DNA of 64,000 bases from a virus, in the IMG/VR virus record IMGVR_UViG_3300007345_000001, one strand, 5' to 3'. Position numbers and translations under genes: made by a program. This document shows, one piece after another, positions 58,908-64,000 of the stretch. Under the pieces are notes generated by a model that was not told the origin of the DNA, did not search any database, and saw nothing but the letters and a program-made list of their open reading frames with translations. How positions within the stretch are numbered: position 1 is the first letter of the stretch; every line of letters starts with the position of its first letter.

Positions 58908-59261
58908 TCAGAAAATACAAATGACTGTTCTGGTAAGTACAGGTACACCACCTTGGCTATGTCTTGGACCAGTAATATTATATAGACCAAATTGGCCATC
59001 ATTATTTAAATCAGTTAGGACGGTCTCTCCACCCTCTGCTTCTATATTAGCAACTTCTTTTGGTACAGATGACAATGAGTATCTTACGCTTTTATCACTG
59101 CTATTATTAAATTGATCATTGCCTAAATTATATGGAGATGTAATAAGGCCATAGTTAAACTGATCACCAGTCATCATACCACCCTGCTGCATCTTCTTTA
59201 CAACTTTACCATCTCTGACTTCAAAGCCATCAGGTAATTTTTTTAATCTAATCTTTGCCAT
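58908..59261 (-). CDS. Small virion-module protein (117 aa) with x-G-G motifs
   Basis: It contains KMQQGGM, EAEGGE and HSQGGV. It is tightly spaced with its neighbours. Confidence 0.55.
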   Translation of the reverse strand: MAKIRLKKLPDGFEVRDGKVVKKMQQGGMMTGDQFNYGLITSPYNLGNDQFNNSSDKSVRYSLSSVPKEVANIEAEGGETVLTDLNNDGQFGLYNITGPRHSQGGVPVLTRTVICIF

Positions 59262-59263
59262 AA

Positions 59264-61117
59264 TTATAACATTTCTATATCTGCTCCAGCAGCTATTAAT
59301 GCAGCAAGAGTGTCATTATCTACTTCTAATTCACCACCATAACTCATTTCATCCTTATGTAAGTATCCCATCTTAGCCATTCTTTCATGGTCAGCTGGTA
59401 CTCTAGCTTCATAACCTTTGCCAGTTTTAGGATCAAACATCATGTGTGGTTCAAACTCACCACCTTTTTTATACATTTCTCTACCATACATTGCTTGAGC
59501 ATAGTAATCAACAAGATTATCTGGCTCAGCAAGTCCTGTATTTATATCAAATGTTCCTCTTTTGTTTGATGGATCTTCTACAGTTGTATATATTTTATCT
59601 GCTACTGTAGTATTTCTTAATTTATTTTTATAATCTCTAAACTCTTTTTCTTGAAAATATTCATTTGCAAGATTAGCACCCATTACTGCAAAGTTTGAAA
59701 CATCAGCAAACGCTTGCACCGTAGGATCACTTTCTATAAAAGTTTTAATTTGCTTAGGTACATTCTTAAGTTCTCTTTTTCTTTTTACAGTTGGTTCAGT
59801 TAATGTAGAATCTAATCCGTCCAATGCATTCTCATCAAATGTAGATGTTGTTGATAGTAAATTTTCATTTTGCTGCTCAAAAGGTGTGGGTCCTAATCCA
59901 GGATTTTCTTTTTTAAGTTGAGCATCTCTCACTATTTGTGTATCTCTAGCATAGTCTGTAGTTGCTTGATCCATTATCATATTTTGAAAACCCATAGGAT
60001 CCTTTAATTGATCTTCAAATAAAAAGTCAGATAAATCACTAAATGCTTGACCACCTAATTGTTTCTTTCCTAATGGAAAAGATGTTGTAGGTGTAAAAAC
60101 AAATGGAGCAGATGTCATTTTTTGATTACCAAGCATAATGTCCCTGTAACCACTTCTAAGCTTTTCTATCTCTTCTTTAGTTCTGCCATCTTCTGTATAG
60201 CTAGTCATATCTAACCCAAGTCCTGTTCCTTTATCATAGTTTCTTCTTGCATTAATCATCATGTCAATTTCATCCTGAGATAAATCACCAACATTCTCTG
60301 TAAACTTTTGTAGACTAATAGCATCACCGAATTGTTTGTTACCAATCATTCTAGATTCTAAATTATTAGAAGCTAACATTCCTGTATATTTGTTCTTCTC
60401 CGCATCAAAGTCTATTTTAGAATACTTTTGTACATCTTCTGCATATTGATCTTTAGTTCTAACTCTACCTTCAGCAAAATCATTAAAGTTAACCACATAG
60501 TTAGAAGGATCTAAATCTCCATAATCAACATCAAATGTTTTATTAAGATTCTGCATTCCTTTATATCTAGCTCTTTTAGCACCCATATCTCTAAAGGTAC
60601 CATCCATCAATCCATCACCATCTCTATCTTCTTTGCTGGTAAATTGTTGAAGTGCATCTGCAAATAAAAGACCAGCACCTAATATATTTCCTCTTTTAGG
60701 AATAGGTGGTAAGTATAAAGGAGTTGGTCTACCGGTAGCATATGATGTGGTTTCAAAACCATATTGAGCTTCTGGTACATCTTCTTCAACTTTATTAAGC
60801 TCTTCCATTAATTGCTGTTGAGCCATCTGTGGATCTTGAGCGGATTGTTGTTGTTGATTTACCATTGTCTCAACACTCTGCATTAAACTACCAAAAGAAC
60901 TTGGATCATAACCTATTGTCTCAAAGGCTAATGCAAGTTGTTCTTGAGGAATCCCTTCTTGAAGAAAAGAATATAATACTTGTTCTGCAGGTTCTCCCTG
61001 TTCTACTCTTGCTCTTACAACTTTTGCAAGTTCATCAATAGCAGGGTTAAGAGAATCTTTAGGAACCATTCCCCCTTCCTGATATAAACCTTTTTTATTT
61101 AAATTCTTGGTAGCCAT
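59264..61117 (-). CDS. Virion-module protein (617 aa) with a TSP3-like Ca-binding motif and x-G-G motifs
   Basis: It contains YQEGGM (aa 12-17), EDRDGDGLMDG (aa 163-173, nt 60602-60628), KQLGGQ, YKKGGE and SYGGE. Confidence 0.6.
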   Translation of the reverse strand: MATKNLNKKGLYQEGGMVPKDSLNPAIDELAKVVRARVEQGEPAEQVLYSFLQEGIPQEQLALAFETIGYDPSSFGSLMQSVETMVNQQQQSAQDPQMAQQQLMEELNKVEEDVPEAQYGFETTSYATGRPTPLYLPPIPKRGNILGAGLLFADALQQFTSKEDRDGDGLMDGTFRDMGAKRARYKGMQNLNKTFDVDYGDLDPSNYVVNFNDFAEGRVRTKDQYAEDVQKYSKIDFDAEKNKYTGMLASNNLESRMIGNKQFGDAISLQKFTENVGDLSQDEIDMMINARRNYDKGTGLGLDMTSYTEDGRTKEEIEKLRSGYRDIMLGNQKMTSAPFVFTPTTSFPLGKKQLGGQAFSDLSDFLFEDQLKDPMGFQNMIMDQATTDYARDTQIVRDAQLKKENPGLGPTPFEQQNENLLSTTSTFDENALDGLDSTLTEPTVKRKRELKNVPKQIKTFIESDPTVQAFADVSNFAVMGANLANEYFQEKEFRDYKNKLRNTTVADKIYTTVEDPSNKRGTFDINTGLAEPDNLVDYYAQAMYGREMYKKGGEFEPHMMFDPKTGKGYEARVPADHERMAKMGYLHKDEMSYGGELEVDNDTLAALIAAGADIEML

Positions 61118-61154
61118 ATTACATTAATAATATACAAATAATTAAGGAGAATCC

Positions 61155-64000
61155 CTAATTATCAGATTGTTTCATAACCTTAGTTAATATATAATTTGGT
61201 ACAGTTGTACCTGATTGTTTTGCTTCTTTATAATAAACTCTATTAAGTTTATCATATATCTTTTCTGCTTTGCTTTGCATTTCAGTTCCATCATATACTC
61301 CATACACGTAGTCTTTGTATATTTTAAGCTGATCTGTTTCACCACCAAATTCTCTATAAATTTGATTATAATAATCATTAAACTTCTTACGGTGAGCTTC
61401 TGCACCTCCGTATTTATCTACACCACCTTTGTTGTAGTATTTTAAATAGTAGTTGTACAAAGCATCTGGATCATCTCCTGATGGTAAAGCTTCCGGTGCT
61501 CTACCATATATAAGTCTTGCCACTGCCATAGAAGCCATGGGGTCATCAGCTCTTAATAAAGAATCAACATCAGAGGTATTAATACCTAAACCTTCTAACC
61601 ATTCTGCATTTTTTTTCTGTTGAGCTGTATAACCTTTAGCACCTTCTCTTAAGTTAAATAGATCATCATACGCTACATCATCAATAGACATTGGACTTCT
61701 AGTATAATCTCTACCATATGCTTTTGGATCAGCACCTAATGTATTTTCCATTACAGCACTCATCACAAGAAGTTTTCTAAGGTTATCATCATCTCCTTGT
61801 GCAGATGCTACTGTATTAGCTGCATTTAACAAAGACTGTCTTCTTGCTACTTGTTCTTCTGATAATCCTTTTAAAATATCTTTGTTATAGAATAACTTAT
61901 CTTCTTTTGGTTCTTCTTTAACTTCAGGAGTTGGTGCTAATTCTGTTGTATATCTGTCACCATAGTACATAAATTGATCTTGATCTTCTTCTCTAGCTTT
62001 TGCAAATGCTTCACCAAATGTTCCAGCATCATCATATGTGTAGACACCCCAATTAAAAGGATTAGCATAATCAAGCCATGATGTCTTTTCACCACCCTTT
62101 TGATATAGTTTCTGTAAAGTAATATTAGGAACACTAACATTATAATATTTTTCCAAAGCTCTTGGATCTCTTATACTCTGGAGTCCAGGTATCTCAAATA
62201 TATTGTATCCTTTATTTCCAAGATTTAAAACAGGTACTTGTCTAGAACCTAACCCTCTAAATTCAGATATACCTAAGTTATTAAATACGTCCATGTACTG
62301 AGCATTTAATGCATTAAAATCACTTTGTGAAAAAGTAAATGCATCTCGTCCAAGTCTATTTCTTCCTTTGGCAAACTCATTCAAATTAATATAATCAGCA
62401 TCATAGTTGGTAAGATCTCTAAATCTTCTAGTATCACCCAATCTTCTAGTCATCAAATTAAAAGAATCTTGACTTAAAGTACCACCAGGTGCTTGTTTTA
62501 ATATAGATCCTTTAGGAACTAAGTCTTCTGCCATTTTTAAAGCCCTGCCCGCTAACATAGGATTATCAATAAAACTTTCTGTAAATGAATAATAATCTTG
62601 ACCAGTGGTAGCATCTAAAAACTTTTTTAAGGTCATATGATTATTTCTTGGTCCAGCAGCCTGTGCTATTAACACACCATCTTTTGTACCTTTTATTCCT
62701 GGAACTAATCCAGGCATGGCATGAGTCATTAAAAGATCACTATTACCTACAGGAACATTTTTTACATACTTAGGTAATGACTTTGCTCCCACCTTGACAA
62801 CATTTCTACCTTGTGATACAGAAGAAGGTATTACAGGTATTGCACCCAATGCATCAAATGCTGCGGCTGTATAATTACCTTCTTTAAGATTTTTATCTGC
62901 TGATTCTGCATATGCTGCCCATGCAGCAGGATTAATCATATCAAAAGCCATATCATAAGTATTCCTATTTTCTGCATTAATTGGAATTCTATCAGGCAAA
63001 TCTTTTCCCTGAACTATGTAACTAAGTGCAGTCATAGGACTTGCTAAATAGTCAGCTGCCTTTTCATACCATGCTGGTTCTTCATATTGTGATATAGTAG
63101 CTTGTGGTCTATATCCAGTTGCTTGTTGTGCAGCAATTTTAGAAGCTTCACCACCATCTTGTTTAACTTCTTGAAAACCTTTCCACCAATGTGGTGTTAA
63201 TTCAGCACTACGGATCTTTCTTATTTCATCATATGCTTCTTTTGAAAGTGATCTGCTTTCTGCACTTATAACATCGTCTATAGGTAATATAAATTCTACA
63301 TCACTTTTACCACTACCATAAGCCTTCCGTGCATCAGAACTTAAATTAGCAACCTTAAAGTCATCTAAATAACTAGTAGGTAATCTTTGAATTAGCAATT
63401 CAGGATTTATTAAATTAGGGTCATAGCCTCTCCAAGAAGTAAATGAAGGATTACTATAATTTGATATATCAGCAGGATCAGATGAAAATCCTCTACCCCA
63501 TCCATATCTTCTAGAAGAATTCCTATCTAAATTTTGTCTCCAGTTTAACTTTTTTCCTTGATTTGCTAAGTCATCATAGTATTGACCCATAACTAGTTTT
63601 CCTGTTTGCCCAGGCATTTGAGTTCTAACTACTGTGGTAAACGGAGGCTGTTGATTAGCAAGAGGATTAAATTGATAAAGTCTCTTATGACTAAGAGGGG
63701 TTACATACTTATTTCCTACTTGAACAGATCTTTTAAATAATTTTGTTCCTTGCTTTGCAGCTGTAGGTACTATAGGTGTAAGGGTAATAGCATCAAGACC
63801 AGCTCCTACAATATCACCTTCACCTATCTTTTCACCCATATCAACAACTGTATTAGCATATGACGCAGGATTAATAACATCAACGGCATAATCAATAATG
63901 TTTCTATCTGGACTGTTTCCTAGTCTATCTGGCATAATATCCGTTTGACCCCTCACAACATAACCCAAACTAGTCATTGGATTACTAATTTTATCCCACA
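61155..64000 (-). CDS. Large virion-module protein, 5'-truncated by the window edge (more than 947 aa)
   Basis: The frame stays open upstream of the track's ATG (63977) to nt 64000. Homology to the internal repeat copy continues upstream of that Met (SNPMTSLGYVV against ASPMTALSYIV). Confidence 0.6.
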   Translation of the reverse strand, partial: WDKISNPMTSLGYVVRGQTDIMPDRLGNSPDRNIIDYAVDVINPASYANTVVDMGEKIGEGDIVGAGLDAITLTPIVPTAAKQGTKLFKRSVQVGNKYVTPLSHKRLYQFNPLANQQPPFTTVVRTQMPGQTGKLVMGQYYDDLANQGKKLNWRQNLDRNSSRRYGWGRGFSSDPADISNYSNPSFTSWRGYDPNLINPELLIQRLPTSYLDDFKVANLSSDARKAYGSGKSDVEFILPIDDVISAESRSLSKEAYDEIRKIRSAELTPHWWKGFQEVKQDGGEASKIAAQQATGYRPQATISQYEEPAWYEKAADYLASPMTALSYIVQGKDLPDRIPINAENRNTYDMAFDMINPAAWAAYAESADKNLKEGNYTAAAFDALGAIPVIPSSVSQGRNVVKVGAKSLPKYVKNVPVGNSDLLMTHAMPGLVPGIKGTKDGVLIAQAAGPRNNHMTLKKFLDATTGQDYYSFTESFIDNPMLAGRALKMAEDLVPKGSILKQAPGGTLSQDSFNLMTRRLGDTRRFRDLTNYDADYINLNEFAKGRNRLGRDAFTFSQSDFNALNAQYMDVFNNLGISEFRGLGSRQVPVLNLGNKGYNIFEIPGLQSIRDPRALEKYYNVSVPNITLQKLYQKGGEKTSWLDYANPFNWGVYTYDDAGTFGEAFAKAREEDQDQFMYYGDRYTTELAPTPEVKEEPKEDKLFYNKDILKGLSEEQVARRQSLLNAANTVASAQGDDDNLRKLLVMSAVMENTLGADPKAYGRDYTRSPMSIDDVAYDDLFNLREGAKGYTAQQKKNAEWLEGLGINTSDVDSLLRADDPMASMAVARLIYGRAPEALPSGDDPDALYNYYLKYYNKGGVDKYGGAEAHRKKFNDYYNQIYREFGGETDQLKIYKDYVYGVYDGTEMQSKAEKIYDKLNRVYYKEAKQSGTTVPNYILTKVMKQSDN
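62793..64000 (-). repeat. Intragenic duplication of an ~80-aa unit
   Basis: Unit 1 is aa 1-82 (nt 63732-63977, extending to the window edge). Unit 2 is aa 315-395 (nt 62793-63035). The shared pattern is PMT.L.Y.V.G...PDR....RN..D.A.D.INPA..A....K..EG.....DA....P..P....QG....K. Confidence 0.7.

Noticed and set aside
58897-59002. The 95-nt overlap between the 117-aa ORF (58908-59261) and the 757-aa ORF (56729-59002) could be a programmed frameshift or a sequencing error.
   Set aside because: An in-frame ATG at 58897 (MKFNRQELAEF) lies 10 nt downstream of the 117-aa stop and gives normal gene spacing. The N-terminal extension (MMANLVYIILLVQDIAKVVYLYL) looks like non-coding read-through, so no frameshift is needed.
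1-64000. I looked for CRISPR arrays, IS elements or transposases, integrase or excisionase, rRNA genes, and stop-codon reassignment of the kind seen in some crAss-like phages.
   Set aside because: No spaced direct-repeat array, no transposase or integrase motifs and no rRNA-like conserved stretches were seen. All large genes, including a 13.7-kb ORF, are uninterrupted under the standard code, so TAG/TGA recoding is not indicated in this window.

Overview
The window is AT-rich, tightly packed and has almost no Shine-Dalgarno sequences. It reads as part of a large lytic dsDNA phage of a Bacteroidota-type host. The host call rests on signal peptides ending in ...AQ/S, the lipobox style and A-rich leaders. 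I found no integrase, rRNA, tRNA, CRISPR array or IS element. The genes fall into four modules that alternate in strand.

1. **1-21345 (+), replication, recombination and nucleotide metabolism.** It holds UDG, a DnaA-domain-IV-like HTH protein, a DnaB-like helicase, a Sak4-like ATPase, an SSB-like protein and a DnaG-like primase. It also holds a RusA-like resolvase, a zincin-VWA protein paired with a MoxR-like AAA+ ATPase, a RecB-like nuclease and a family B DNA polymerase. The last genes are a MazG-like enzyme, a spore-photoproduct-lyase-like protein, a bona fide methylglyoxal synthase and a DUF1599-like protein.
2. **21776-28336 (-), tail fibres.** Three fibre or receptor-binding genes share an N-terminal module. 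They are interleaved with small lysine-rich proteins, a holin-like gene and an AT-hook protein.
3. **28465-34000 (+), ribonucleotide reductase and an envelope cassette.** Class I nrdB/nrdA is followed by four envelope-targeted genes bracketed by an upstream terminator and a downstream GC-rich structured element, with their own promoter-like element.
4. **34091-64000 (-), giant virion genes.** About 30 kb is filled by six large virion-type ORFs that are translationally coupled.

The most notable observation is the 4578-aa ORF. It carries a beta-prime-type double-psi beta-barrel catalytic signature (VRIPSQDKHS...GADFDIDK). This points to a virion-packaged multisubunit-like RNA polymerase of the crAss-like/YonO/QDE-1 kind, embedded in a much larger polyprotein. 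That polyprotein also has an HExxH motif and hydrophobic Gly-rich segments.

The neighbouring 1913-aa ORF embeds a PD-(D/E)XK nuclease core. A short [Y/M]-[K/Q]-x-G-G-[E/M/Q] motif recurs across several virion-module proteins. All functional calls come from motif reading by eye, and no database search was possible.
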